Assembly (NCBI GenBank): GCA_963743215.1
Contig: CAVUOY010000009.1
Location: 29,709-93,708 of the forward strand
Direction: 5' to 3'
Length of the DNA: 64,000 nt
Source of the DNA: an uncultured Chloroflexia bacterium
GTDB lineage: Bacteria; Chloroflexota; Anaerolineae; Anaerolineales; UBA4823
The notes beneath the pieces are model-generated. The model made no database searches and was not told the origin of the DNA. It saw only the letters and a list, made by a program, of their open reading frames with translations. Shown piece after piece: positions 40,418 through 50,561 of the stretch. The position numbers were made by a program, and so were the translations under genes. The stretch's first letter is position 1, and each line of letters opens with the position of its first letter.

Positions 40418-41464
40418 TTACCTCATCAAATATGCGCACACCCATTGTGTGGTTGCCAGCAAGGCCTCCAGGTGGGTGCGTTCGTAATTATGCGAAGCAT
40501 CCACGCCTGGACCGATCAGGGCAACCGCTACATCCCCACCTGCCCGCCAGAAAGCTTCGCCATCCGATCCGTAGTAAGGATAGATATCCACCATGTAGGG
40601 GATACCGTGCTCATCGGCCAGCTGGCGCAGCTTTTGACTCAACCCATGATGATAGGGTCCGCCAGAATCCTTGACGCACAGGGTGGCATGGAATTCGTCC
40701 GAAGTTTGCCCTTCGCCCACGGCAGCCATGTCCACGCTGAGCAGCTCGGTGGCATCGGCAGGGATACCGGCTGCAGCCCCATGACCCACTTCTTCATAAT
40801 TACTGATGTGCAAATAGGCGGTTTGGGCTGGTTTTAGCCCGGCATCATGAAGCGCTTTGACGGCTGCCACCAGGCAGGCGACGCAGGCTTTATCATCCAG
40901 ATGGCGTGAGCGCACAAACCCATGGGTGATCTCCACGCGTGGGTCAAAAGCGATGAAATCACCCACCCGGATGCCCAGCGCCTCAGTTTCCTCCTGAGAG
41001 GCAGTGCGTGCGTCCAGTCGAACTTCCATGGTGTCGTCTTCGCGCTTGGTCTCGCTCAACTTAGTGCCATATACGTGCCCCGATGCCATTTCTAGCAAGA
41101 TCGATCCTCGAACTGGCTCACCCTGGCTTGCTAGCACTATACAACCCTCCCCTTCGACCGTATTCCAGGCAAAACCACCAATCTTCGTCATCCTCAAGCG
41201 GCCATTAGACTTGATCTGCTTGACCATCGCCCCCAACGTATCAGCGTGGGCGGTGAGAGCACGTGGAGCATCAGACTTATCACCCGGCCAGGTGGCAACC
41301 AGGGCACCTTTGCGGGTACGCTTGAGGCTGAGTTCAGGAAAGGCTGTGAATGCCTGCTCAGTGAAAGCAATCGCCGGTTCAGCCAGTCCGGTCGGGCTGG
41401 GCGTGTTCAACAGTCCGGAAAGAAAGGTTAACAAGAAATCAGCATCGATCGTTGGAAGTGGCAT
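40418..41464 (-). CDS. M42 family metallo-aminopeptidase
   Basis: TAHADTLG, SRHLDDK, EEVGHG, DM, SHNYER. Confidence 0.92.
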   Translation of the reverse strand: MPLPTIDADFLLTFLSGLLNTPSPTGLAEPAIAFTEQAFTAFPELSLKRTRKGALVATWPGDKSDAPRALTAHADTLGAMVKQIKSNGRLRMTKIGGFAWNTVEGEGCIVLASQGEPVRGSILLEMASGHVYGTKLSETKREDDTMEVRLDARTASQEETEALGIRVGDFIAFDPRVEITHGFVRSRHLDDKACVACLVAAVKALHDAGLKPAQTAYLHISNYEEVGHGAAAGIPADATELLSVDMAAVGEGQTSDEFHATLCVKDSGGPYHHGLSQKLRQLADEHGIPYMVDIYPYYGSDGEAFWRAGGDVAVALIGPGVDASHNYERTHLEALLATTQWVCAYLMR

Positions 41465-41566
41465 GCATCTGCTCCGTGAGCTAAATTATCGTCCATAAAA
41501 GGAGATTATAAGCTACCCCTCATTACTCCAGGTTTGTTCGCTTGAGGAGAAAGAAACCGGCCAGGA

Positions 41567-41989
41567 TTATCCTACCTGCCCCTCAAATAGCAGGATTGCC
41601 TTACGCCAGTCCTCAGGAATGGGCACGGATCGCTTGTTTTGGTAATCATATGCCACCAAGACACTTGACCCACTGGCAAATTCACTCCCATCACTTGTAT
41701 CTTCAATGCGATATTCTGAAGTCATGCTTTTATTACCGATGCGGGAGATACACACACCAACCCGGATGGGATCGCCAAATTGGATGGCTTTGCGAAAGGT
41801 GATCTGGACATCTGCCAGGATGATACCCAGGTTCAGAAAAGATCCGCCTTCCCACAGTTTAAGCTGCTTAAGGTAAAAAACACGCGCCTGCTCCATGTAA
41901 GACAGGAACTTGGCGTTGTTGACGTGACCCTGTGGGTCGAGGTCGCCATAACGAACTTCGATCAAGTGGTAGAAGTGAAAGTCGGGCAT
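41567..41989 (-). CDS. acyl-CoA thioesterase (4HBT/YbgC family)
   Basis: VRYGDLDPQGHVNNAKFLSYME. Confidence 0.92.
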   Translation of the reverse strand: MPDFHFYHLIEVRYGDLDPQGHVNNAKFLSYMEQARVFYLKQLKLWEGGSFLNLGIILADVQITFRKAIQFGDPIRVGVCISRIGNKSMTSEYRIEDTSDGSEFASGSSVLVAYDYQNKRSVPIPEDWRKAILLFEGQVG

Positions 41990-42121
41990 TCCTAAAATTA
42001 TACCCTTATCCTGTGGAAACCAAGGCCTCTTGGGGAGGATTAACGAGTTTTTTATGCCTGATAGGTCTATCCTGAGTGTATTTCCGAGTAAGAATTCTTC
42101 CCTGAAGTTATAATTACCCTG

Positions 42122-43618
42122 ATGATGCGTTTAAATCCATTTAGAAGATTCAGGACATTCCGCGGTGTGGAATACCTGCTTGCCGTCCTGGTGACGGTGA
42201 TTTTTACCCTGATCTTCCTGCCCTTCCGTAGTGCTGGTGGACAGGATCACACGGTTTTGTCCCTTCTATACCTGCTACCGGTCGTGCTGAGCTCGTTATT
42301 ATGGGGGCTAGGTCCAGGGGCGCTGGTGGCGTTGGCTTCATTTCTGGCATTAAACTATTTTTTCGTGGCGCCGTACTACACCTTGCTGGTACATCGCACC
42401 CAAGATTTAGTGGTGTTGATTGTCTTTTTAGGAGTTTCAATCACCATCGGGCAATTAGTCGGCAGGGTGAGTAAAAGCTTGAATGAATCCACCGCCCGAG
42501 AACATGAAGCCATTCACTTGTATGAGTTGATCATGCATCTGGCAGGCTTACAGGATGAGCAGGAAATCGTATCCACTTTGGCTGAGCAAACCCTGATTGC
42601 ATTGCATGCCGACCGGATCGACGTTTTAGTTGAAGCCCAAGGCAGCCTGCCTGCCCGTCACGTCAGGATGGCCGATCGCTCAAAAACGGGTTTTCTCCTG
42701 GAAGATTCTCCCACTTATATTACCCCTTTGCAGTCGGCGCGTGGTTTTCTCGGAGAGATCAAGGTATGGCGCGAGGTAGCCTCGCTTACCCATGCGGAGG
42801 AACGCCTGCTGCAAACTTTTGCCAGCCAGGGGGTACAGGCGTTGGAGAGAGTTCGCCTCTCGCAGGCAGCTTCGCGGGCGCGTCTGCTGGAGGAAAGTGA
42901 CCGGTTTAAGTCCTCCCTGTTATCGTCAGTTTCCCATGAGCTGCGCACTCCTCTGGCAACGATTAAAGCCGCTGTCACCAGCTTGCGTAGTGGCACGGTT
43001 GAATGGGATACAGAGGCGCGTGCAGATTTATTGGCAGCCGTGGAAGAGGAAACCGATCACCTGAACCAGCTGGTGGGCAACTTGCTGAACATGTCGCGCA
43101 TCGAAGCCGGTGCATTAAAACCGGAACGGAGCTGGAATTCACTGGCTGAGATCATTCAAAGTGCCCTCGAGCGGATGAGGACCCAAATCGAGAAGCACAA
43201 AATCGAAGTGGACGTCTCGGCTGACCTACCGCTAGTACCGGTGGATTATTTTCAAATTGAGCAAGTATTTATTAACCTAATCAGTAATAGCACCAAATAC
43301 TCCCCAGCAGGCACGACAATTGCTATTCATGCTGAAGCGGTGATCTCAGAGCATTTATTGATATCGGTAAAGAATCAGGGTCCACACGTGGCTGAAGAAC
43401 ATCTGGATCGTATTTTCGACAAATTCTTCCGGGTTACGGCTGCGGACCGGGTTACTGGGGCAGGGTTGGGGTTAAGTATTTGCAAGGGGATTATTGATGC
43501 CCATGGAGGGCGCATATGGGCGGAAAACCTGGACAGGGGTTTCGGCTTCAACTTTACATTGCCCCTTACCTGGGAAGGTTTTGCCCTGGGAACTCAGCAG
43601 GAGATAATTGACGAATGA
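42122..43618 (+). CDS. kdpD: KdpD-like sensor kinase (4-TM DUF4118, GAF and kinase; no N-terminal cytoplasmic KdpD/Usp domains)
   Basis: LYLLPVV, LNYFFVAPYYTL, SSVSHELRTPL, NLLNMSRIEAG, GLGLSICKGII. Confidence 0.85.
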   Translation: MMRLNPFRRFRTFRGVEYLLAVLVTVIFTLIFLPFRSAGGQDHTVLSLLYLLPVVLSSLLWGLGPGALVALASFLALNYFFVAPYYTLLVHRTQDLVVLIVFLGVSITIGQLVGRVSKSLNESTAREHEAIHLYELIMHLAGLQDEQEIVSTLAEQTLIALHADRIDVLVEAQGSLPARHVRMADRSKTGFLLEDSPTYITPLQSARGFLGEIKVWREVASLTHAEERLLQTFASQGVQALERVRLSQAASRARLLEESDRFKSSLLSSVSHELRTPLATIKAAVTSLRSGTVEWDTEARADLLAAVEEETDHLNQLVGNLLNMSRIEAGALKPERSWNSLAEIIQSALERMRTQIEKHKIEVDVSADLPLVPVDYFQIEQVFINLISNSTKYSPAGTTIAIHAEAVISEHLLISVKNQGPHVAEEHLDRIFDKFFRVTAADRVTGAGLGLSICKGIIDAHGGRIWAENLDRGFGFNFTLPLTWEGFALGTQQEIIDE

Positions 43619-44313
43619 CCTCTCAGCCGCACATCTTAGTCATCGATGATGAAGCACAAATCCTGCGGGCGCTACGCACTATCCTGACTGCCAAGCAATT
43701 CAAAGTGAGTGTTGCCAGCCGGGGTGAAGAAGGGCTGACCATGGCAGCGGCCCAGCCGCCCGATTTGATCATCCTGGACCTAAGCCTGCCAGATATGGAT
43801 GGTGTGGAGGTTTGTGCCCGCTTGCGTGAGTGGACCCAGGTACCCATCATCATCCTTTCAGTACGCGAAAGTGAGCGCGATAAGGTCATTGCCCTGGATA
43901 AAGGTGCTGATGATTACCTGACCAAGCCATTCGGAATTGAGGAGCTTCTGGCGCGCATCCGGGTGGCATTGCGCCATTCTGCCCAGACCCTTGGCAGCCA
44001 AAAAAGCCAGATCATCACGGTCGGATCCGTCGTGATTGATCTGGCGCTACATACCGTTACCCGCGCTGGGGAGGAAGTCAAGCTGACCGCTAAAGAATTC
44101 AAGCTGCTGGCTTACCTGGCCGCTAATGCAGGTCGGGTTTTAACCAACCAATCGATCCTTACCCATGTATGGGAGCCAGCGGATGCAGACCGGGTGGAAT
44201 ATCTGCGCGTATATATCCGGCAGCTGCGAAAAAAATTAGAAGACGACCCAGACAACCCGTGCGTTATACGCAACGAGCCAGGCATTGGGTATCGTTTCCT
44301 GATGGATGAGTAA
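43615..44313 (+). CDS. kdpE: KdpE-type response regulator (OmpR family)
   Basis: ILDLSLPDMDG, VPIIILS, GADDYLTKPF, YLRVYIRQLRKKLE.DP, EPGIGYR. Confidence 0.88.
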   Translation: MTSQPHILVIDDEAQILRALRTILTAKQFKVSVASRGEEGLTMAAAQPPDLIILDLSLPDMDGVEVCARLREWTQVPIIILSVRESERDKVIALDKGADDYLTKPFGIEELLARIRVALRHSAQTLGSQKSQIITVGSVVIDLALHTVTRAGEEVKLTAKEFKLLAYLAANAGRVLTNQSILTHVWEPADADRVEYLRVYIRQLRKKLEDDPDNPCVIRNEPGIGYRFLMDE

Positions 44314-44381
44314 CTTTTTGTGGATTTGGAGATATGCTTGGAATATAGAGTAGAGTACAATTAGCAAGTTTGGGAGATGAA

Positions 44382-45518
44382 ATGGCCAAAAAAACTCAAT
44401 CCAAGAAATTAATCGACCCATATCCTGGGTTAGAGGATAGTGCAGTCAGCCAGCTGCGCCAGGAGTTGCTTAGCTATCAGGAACTACTCCAAGCGCAGCC
44501 TCCACTCGTGCAGCGATTTTTGGAGACACAGGCCTCCTCGCTGGCAGAGGCGGTCGTTCAAGGTTTACCCCAGGCGCGTTTCACGTTGCCTGATCGGGTT
44601 GTGCTTCAAAAGGAGGCGGAGGCGAAACCAGCAATTGTGCCAAAGGAAGCGCGCGAGCAGATGACGGGTGGACTGATGGACCGCCTGACGCGCACCGACT
44701 TGCGCACTGCCCTACGCTTGCGCCTGGGAGAGCTGGAACAATCCTCGAACCGTTCGGTCGCGGTTAGCGCAGGGCTCTTACGCCATGCAGTGGTCAGGCA
44801 TATGATACGCAATATGCTGCCAGCTGGTCGAACGGTACGGTACATAGTGAGTGAAGGCGAAGAAATTCCCAGCGTCCCGAAGAAGAGCGACTGGGAGCCA
44901 GAGTCGGCCATCACTGCCTCGACGGATGCCATCGCCGCAGAAGATGAGCGAGAAGAGGCAGGCAGAGGTGAGCTGTTGGTGCCCTATGTGGAAGCGGCAC
45001 GGCGATTTTACTTGCCCCAATGGGTTGCATTTGATGATGAAGGACGTCTCCTGGTGGGAAGCGTGAATGAGGCTGAGGCGGATATCGGCTCCATGCAGCG
45101 TTATATATCGGTTTTGCATGCTGCGGTGGGGCTGGCACCCTACATGGTAGCGGATGAGGAATACCAGCGCAAGCGTTATGGAATATTAGGCCAGCTGGTG
45201 AATCAGGGAAGAGCTTTGGCGCACTACCAGGTGGAAGAAATCATTCAGACCATCCATCGTAGAGCTTCCTCACATGACTTAAACAGGGGATTGAGTCTGA
45301 GCCTGCCGTACTTTAATGACCAAACGCTGGCGATGGAGAACTATAGTTTCGAAGTAATTCCAGCCGGGCGGATCATGTTTGTGCCGGCTTTCGTAGTGCG
45401 GGCGGCGCGCGAGCAAGAAGCGAAAATTGCCCAGGATACACGCCTGAGCCAATCCACACGCAAGCACTTGCTCGTAGAGCTCCGTAATCTTGATCAAGCA
45501 TTTTCTCAATTAGAATGA
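44382..45518 (+). CDS. hypothetical soluble protein, copy 1
   Basis: Long ORF with GGAG RBS and no TM segment. Clear paralog at 47527-48654. Confidence 0.88.
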   Translation: MAKKTQSKKLIDPYPGLEDSAVSQLRQELLSYQELLQAQPPLVQRFLETQASSLAEAVVQGLPQARFTLPDRVVLQKEAEAKPAIVPKEAREQMTGGLMDRLTRTDLRTALRLRLGELEQSSNRSVAVSAGLLRHAVVRHMIRNMLPAGRTVRYIVSEGEEIPSVPKKSDWEPESAITASTDAIAAEDEREEAGRGELLVPYVEAARRFYLPQWVAFDDEGRLLVGSVNEAEADIGSMQRYISVLHAAVGLAPYMVADEEYQRKRYGILGQLVNQGRALAHYQVEEIIQTIHRRASSHDLNRGLSLSLPYFNDQTLAMENYSFEVIPAGRIMFVPAFVVRAAREQEAKIAQDTRLSQSTRKHLLVELRNLDQAFSQLE

Positions 45519-45540
45519 TTAACAGTGATCGGTATTCGAT

Positions 45541-47370
45541 ATGATATTTTCGATTGGTCTTCTGATCGTTATAGCTTACTTAGCCTACCGAGCCTCGCCT
45601 CGTGAGCGACAGGAGGACGCGCACGTACATGGCGCCGGGCAGATAGGTTTATTGGCCGCGATTGCACTCTTTGGGGTGGATTATTTCACTTCGTTCTTCT
45701 ATGCAACGGGCGAGATGATGAGCTCATTGCACCCATACGGATTACAGAAATACGGATATATCGCTGTAGCCTTCATTGCTTTCGCGAATGCAGTCTTCGG
45801 ATTTTTATACATGTATTCGTTGGGCATCTTCAACGAGGGTGGCGGATCCTATACTGCCTCCATGCGTTACCTTACGCCGGCCCTGAGCCTGATCGTGGCA
45901 GTTGTGCTTATTCAGGATTATATTTTTACAATTGTTGTATCCACTCTCTCCGGAGTAGATCAAGCGCTGTCCCTGCGCAATGCCACCGGGATACCGTGGT
46001 TTTGGCATTTTCTAATAGCGGCGATTTTGGTTTCAATAAACTACTTCCTGACGATCCGTGGGAGGGGCGAATCGGCACGGGTGGTTTTCATTATGCTGTT
46101 CGTCTTTGTTTTGCTCACGGTGACAATGGCTTTTGGGTTATTTCGAGCCAGCGCAGTGGGTGTGCCAGCTTTACCCATGCTTGAACAACCAACAACTGTT
46201 CCTATCGGCAAGGCCTTATACCACATGTTAACTGCCTCGATGAAAGGACTGGTCGCCCTGAGTGGTTTGGAAGCCATGTCGAATGGCATCCAATTCGTCA
46301 AGAACGAGGATGCCGGGATTGTCAAGTGGGGTAAACGCCGGCTTCCACGTCTCAAAGGGCTGTGGGCATTCTATAGTGGGAAATCGGGCATCGGGCGGAT
46401 AGTCCAGACCTCATTTTTGTTCTATGGTGGGATCAGCACTTTACTTCTGGCTGAATTTGCCATTCGTTTCGATGCCTTTGATGGTACGATGGGGCGTACC
46501 CTCGTCGGGAACCTGGCATTCATCGGATTCGGTCAGATCCAGGGCGGAGTTATATTGTTCTGGGCATACCAGATACTGGCAGTCGGGCTTTTAACTGCCG
46601 CCTCGATGACTGCATTCCAAGATCTGCAAGCGACCGCCTGGCGGGATGTTGCCATTGGTGAAATCCCCGAAGTTGTTGTGTACCGCAATCCAGCTGGGAC
46701 GTTCACACGCTCGGTGACCGCAGGATTTATCATTTCATTGGTGATTATGTTGATTTTGCGCGCTAAACAGTCAGCCGCTGTCCCCTATTATGGCATCGGT
46801 GTGTTCATGCCTATCATGGTCATGGGGTTGGCGATTCGTAAACATATATTGGCAAAATTTTCCGGCAGGGTGCGTAAATGGGGCAGCACGGGGGCATTGT
46901 TCGCTGCAATTTTAGCCGGGCTTGTTTTTATCGGTCAGATCGTAGGTAAATGGACTGAAGGTGGTTGGGTGGTGCTCATTTCATTCAGTGTGCTTGTACT
47001 GACTGCGAATGGATTGCTCATTTCTCCCATCGGTTATCGCGACGTTAAGCAAATTCACCGTATTGTGCGCGAGAAAGCCCGCGTTCAGGGTTCGATGGGT
47101 TCTATTGTCGAGTGGCAATCCTTAAAGATGCAGGAGTATCGATATGCGTTGCTGATATTCATCACCCGTTTTTTCGAGGTTTTGGGTGTGCGTAGACCTT
47201 TACGCTTCGAACCTCCTATCGAAGCCGGGACATATGATGAAGCCGTACACTCCGATCACCCTGAAGCGCCTTCACTTTTAGCTCAATACCTTGAGAAAGA
47301 AGAAAAACCCAAGGTGGGTGGCAAACCAAAGGAAACTGCCCCCGGAGACGACCCCTCAAAATTGCCATAA
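45541..47370 (+). CDS. APC-superfamily transporter, KimA/YdaO-like, copy 1
   Basis: About 12-13 TMs. GVDYFTSFFY, GGGSY, QDYIFTIVVS and ALSGLEAMSNG parallel recalled KimA motifs. Confidence 0.75.
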   Translation: MIFSIGLLIVIAYLAYRASPRERQEDAHVHGAGQIGLLAAIALFGVDYFTSFFYATGEMMSSLHPYGLQKYGYIAVAFIAFANAVFGFLYMYSLGIFNEGGGSYTASMRYLTPALSLIVAVVLIQDYIFTIVVSTLSGVDQALSLRNATGIPWFWHFLIAAILVSINYFLTIRGRGESARVVFIMLFVFVLLTVTMAFGLFRASAVGVPALPMLEQPTTVPIGKALYHMLTASMKGLVALSGLEAMSNGIQFVKNEDAGIVKWGKRRLPRLKGLWAFYSGKSGIGRIVQTSFLFYGGISTLLLAEFAIRFDAFDGTMGRTLVGNLAFIGFGQIQGGVILFWAYQILAVGLLTAASMTAFQDLQATAWRDVAIGEIPEVVVYRNPAGTFTRSVTAGFIISLVIMLILRAKQSAAVPYYGIGVFMPIMVMGLAIRKHILAKFSGRVRKWGSTGALFAAILAGLVFIGQIVGKWTEGGWVVLISFSVLVLTANGLLISPIGYRDVKQIHRIVREKARVQGSMGSIVEWQSLKMQEYRYALLIFITRFFEVLGVRRPLRFEPPIEAGTYDEAVHSDHPEAPSLLAQYLEKEEKPKVGGKPKETAPGDDPSKLP

Positions 47371-47391
47371 AAACCTCACAAAGTACGTCTC

Positions 47392-47430
47392 AAAGACCTC
47401 CCAGTACTTGGGAGGTCTTTATTCTTTTTT
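47392..47430 (+). terminator. rho-independent terminator between the duplicated cassettes
   Basis: AAAGACCTCCCA-gtact-TGGGAGGTCTTT followed by a T-rich tail. Confidence 0.85.
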
Positions 47431-47526
47431 AATGCCTTTGCCTAAATTATTTGTCTCCATTTTATTCTGACTCGATAGAATATTACTGAAAATCAAGAGG
47501 GCTCAGATCAAGACCCAGAGGATTTT

Positions 47527-48654
47527 ATGGAAGATCATGCGCAACTAATTACCCAAATCACTCTAAGCATTCCCACCGGAGTTGTGAGTCAATTTCGGCA
47601 TGAATATCTTAGTCACCAGGCGCAATTGCAGGATCAAGCGCCGCTGGTGCAACGGTATCTCGAGATTAATGCCGCCTCGCTGGCTGAAGCTGTTGTGCAG
47701 GGGTTAATGCAAGTCCGATTTTCCCTGCCCGACCAAGTGGCCATACGCGATCATGATTCGGATGTAAATACTCTACCCGTGCCTGCTGAATCTCGGGAAC
47801 AGATGATCGGTGGATTAATGGATCGCTTGATTCGCACTGACCTGCGTACAGCCTTACGAACTCGTTTTTTGGAATTGGAAGCTTCCATGAACCAGGCATT
47901 ATCTATGAGTGCCATTCTATTGCGGCATGCCGTGGTGCTGCACTTGGTGCACAACATGCTGCCATCCGGGAATACCGTCCAATATGAGTTAGAAGAAGGG
48001 GAAGAAATCCCGACCATACCTGTATCGATTAAGGCGATGTCGGGATCGGCTATCACAGAAATGTCTTATGGGGGCACGAAAGGGGATGCTCATGCTGAGA
48101 CCAGGCGGGGTGAGCTGTCAGTGCCTTATGTTGAGGCAGCGCGACGATTTTACCTGCCACAATGGGTGGCATTTGACAATGATTTAAGTTTATTGGTGGG
48201 GAGTATAAGCGAAGCCGAGGCAGTTATTGCCTCGATGCAGCGTTATTTGTCGGTATTGCATGCTGCGGTGGGATTAACACCCTACATGGTGGCGGACAAG
48301 GAATATCAGCAAAAGCGTTATGGGATCCTGGGTCAGTTGGTGAACCAGGGACGAGCCCTGGCACACTATCAGGTGATGGAGATCGTTCAGACGATTCAAC
48401 GCCGGGCAGCATCGCATGACCTAGACCGTGGTTTGAGTTTGAGTCTGCCGTATTTTAATGATCAAACGCTGAAGAAGGAAGAATATAACTTCGATGTGAT
48501 CCCGGCAGGGAGGGTGATGTTTGTACCGGCGTTTGTCGTTTTAGCTGTCCGAGCGCAAGGAGCGAAAGTTGCTCAAGACACGCGCATGAGCCAGTCAACA
48601 CGCAGGCATCTGCTGGCAGAGTTGGGGTTGCTGGAGCAAATATTTTCGAGGTAA
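47527..48654 (+). CDS. hypothetical soluble protein, copy 2
   Basis: Shares PYVEAARRFYLPQWVAFD, KRYGILGQLVNQGRALAHYQV and RGLSLSLPYFNDQTL with copy 1. Confidence 0.88.
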   Translation: MEDHAQLITQITLSIPTGVVSQFRHEYLSHQAQLQDQAPLVQRYLEINAASLAEAVVQGLMQVRFSLPDQVAIRDHDSDVNTLPVPAESREQMIGGLMDRLIRTDLRTALRTRFLELEASMNQALSMSAILLRHAVVLHLVHNMLPSGNTVQYELEEGEEIPTIPVSIKAMSGSAITEMSYGGTKGDAHAETRRGELSVPYVEAARRFYLPQWVAFDNDLSLLVGSISEAEAVIASMQRYLSVLHAAVGLTPYMVADKEYQQKRYGILGQLVNQGRALAHYQVMEIVQTIQRRAASHDLDRGLSLSLPYFNDQTLKKEEYNFDVIPAGRVMFVPAFVVLAVRAQGAKVAQDTRMSQSTRRHLLAELGLLEQIFSR

Positions 48655-48657
48655 AAA

Positions 48658-50484
48658 ATGTTTTTTTCGATTGGTTTATTGATTGTCATTACTTATTTGA
48701 TGTACCGTATCTCGCCACGCGAGCGGGCCGAGGATGCACATGTACACGGTGCAGGGCAGATTGGTTTGCTTGCTGCCGTGGCACTTTTTGGAGTGGATTA
48801 CTTCACTTCGTTCTATTATGCTACAGGCGAGATGATGAGTGCACTGCACCCATATGGGCTGCAGAAATGGGGATTCGTTGCGGTAGCAGTGATTGCCATA
48901 GCAAACGCAGTTTTTGGTATTCTGTACATGTACTCGCTGGGGATATTTAACGAAGGTGGTGGATCTTATACTGCCTCGATGCGCTACTTGTCCGCCGGGA
49001 TCAGTCTTATCGTGGCGGTCGTTCTGATCCAGGACTATATTTTCACCATCGTCGTATCCACCCTGTCAGGAGTGGACCAGGCACTATCACTGCGCGGTGC
49101 CACAGGAATACCCTGGATATGGCATTTTCTCATCGGCGCAGCTCTGGTAACCATTAATTGGTTCCTGACCATCCGTGGAAGAGGAGAATCCGGAAGGGTG
49201 GTATTCACCTTATTGGGTGTCTTTATCCTGATGACTGTTACCATGGCAGTTGGTTTATTTATGGCTCATTTTGGTGGTGTTGCCGCTGTACCAATATCAG
49301 CATCGCCTCAATCGGTAACCATAGGCCGAGCGCTATATCACTTTCTCACTGCCTCTATGAAGGGATTGGTTGCGCTTACGGGTTTGGAAGCCATGTCGAA
49401 TGGAATCCAGTTTGTCAAGAATGAGGATGCCGGAATTATCGCCTGGGGCAAGAAGCGCCTGCCGCGCTGGAAGAAAATTTGGGAATTCTATAGCGGAAAA
49501 TCGGGCATTGGACGGATTGTTCAGACTTCATTCCTGTTCTATGGTGGGGTTACTACATTAATGTTATCCGCGTTTTCCATCCGTTTTGATGTATTTGATG
49601 GCACCTTGGGGCGTACATTGGTTGGCAACCTGGCATTTATCGGTTTTTCACAAATCCCCGGTGGCACGGTTCTTTTCTGGGCATATCAAATCTTAGCGGT
49701 GTTGTTGTTGACTGCAGCTTCCATGACCGCTTTTCAGGACCTCCAAGCAACGGAGTGGCGCGATGTTTCCATTGGTGAAATACCTGAGATCATTGTCTAT
49801 CGTGACCCACGGGGTACTTTTACCCGTTCTGTAACTATTAGCTACGTATTAACCATGATCATTATGTTTATCGTCAAAGGTAATACTTCAGCGGCAATCC
49901 CATATTATGGTGTAGGTGTATTCATGCCTATCATGGTCATGGGTTTCTCGATCCGTAAGCATATACTCCAGAATTTTACTGGACGCGTTCGTAAATGGGG
50001 CAGCCTGGGGGCTGGATTTGCCGCTATTCTTTCAGCAATCGTATTCCTTGGCCAAATTGTAGGAAAGTGGCAAGAAGGCGGTTGGGTTGTGTTAATATCA
50101 TTCAGTGTGTTGATTCTGGCTGCCAATGCCCTGCTCATTTCACCGATTGGCATTCGTACACCGAAGCAGATCCATCGCATTGTGCGTGAAAAAGCTCGTG
50201 TGCAAGGCTCGATGGCTTCCATTGTGGAATGGCAATCCTTGAAGATGCAGGAATATCGTTATGCTGTACTTATGGCAATCACCCATTTCTTTGAATTGCT
50301 TGGCGTGCATCGACCTGTGCGATACGACCCACCCATCCCGGCGGGTGATTATGACCATGCCTTACATAGCGATCATCCGGAAGCCCCTTCTTTCCTGGCG
50401 CAATATCTGGACAAGAAAGAACCGCCTCGTCTGGGGGGAAAACCCAAGGAGACTGCTCCAGTGCATGAAGGTCACACGCCCTGA
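48658..50484 (+). CDS. APC-superfamily transporter, KimA/YdaO-like, copy 2
   Basis: Colinear paralog of 45541-47370. ALTGLEAMSNG. Confidence 0.75.
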   Translation: MFFSIGLLIVITYLMYRISPRERAEDAHVHGAGQIGLLAAVALFGVDYFTSFYYATGEMMSALHPYGLQKWGFVAVAVIAIANAVFGILYMYSLGIFNEGGGSYTASMRYLSAGISLIVAVVLIQDYIFTIVVSTLSGVDQALSLRGATGIPWIWHFLIGAALVTINWFLTIRGRGESGRVVFTLLGVFILMTVTMAVGLFMAHFGGVAAVPISASPQSVTIGRALYHFLTASMKGLVALTGLEAMSNGIQFVKNEDAGIIAWGKKRLPRWKKIWEFYSGKSGIGRIVQTSFLFYGGVTTLMLSAFSIRFDVFDGTLGRTLVGNLAFIGFSQIPGGTVLFWAYQILAVLLLTAASMTAFQDLQATEWRDVSIGEIPEIIVYRDPRGTFTRSVTISYVLTMIIMFIVKGNTSAAIPYYGVGVFMPIMVMGFSIRKHILQNFTGRVRKWGSLGAGFAAILSAIVFLGQIVGKWQEGGWVVLISFSVLILAANALLISPIGIRTPKQIHRIVREKARVQGSMASIVEWQSLKMQEYRYAVLMAITHFFELLGVHRPVRYDPPIPAGDYDHALHSDHPEAPSFLAQYLDKKEPPRLGGKPKETAPVHEGHTP

Positions 50485-50561
50485 TAGCAGGTAAACCAGT
50501 AAATTAACGACCACAGTCGATATGATAAAATCCCTTTGCACGAAATTGCAAAGGGATTTTT

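Noticed and set aside
42039..42058. Possible KdpE box (TTAAC-N6-TTTAT) upstream of kdpD
   Set aside because: It is a short AT-rich match with no convincing second copy before X1 or X2, so it is too weak to call.
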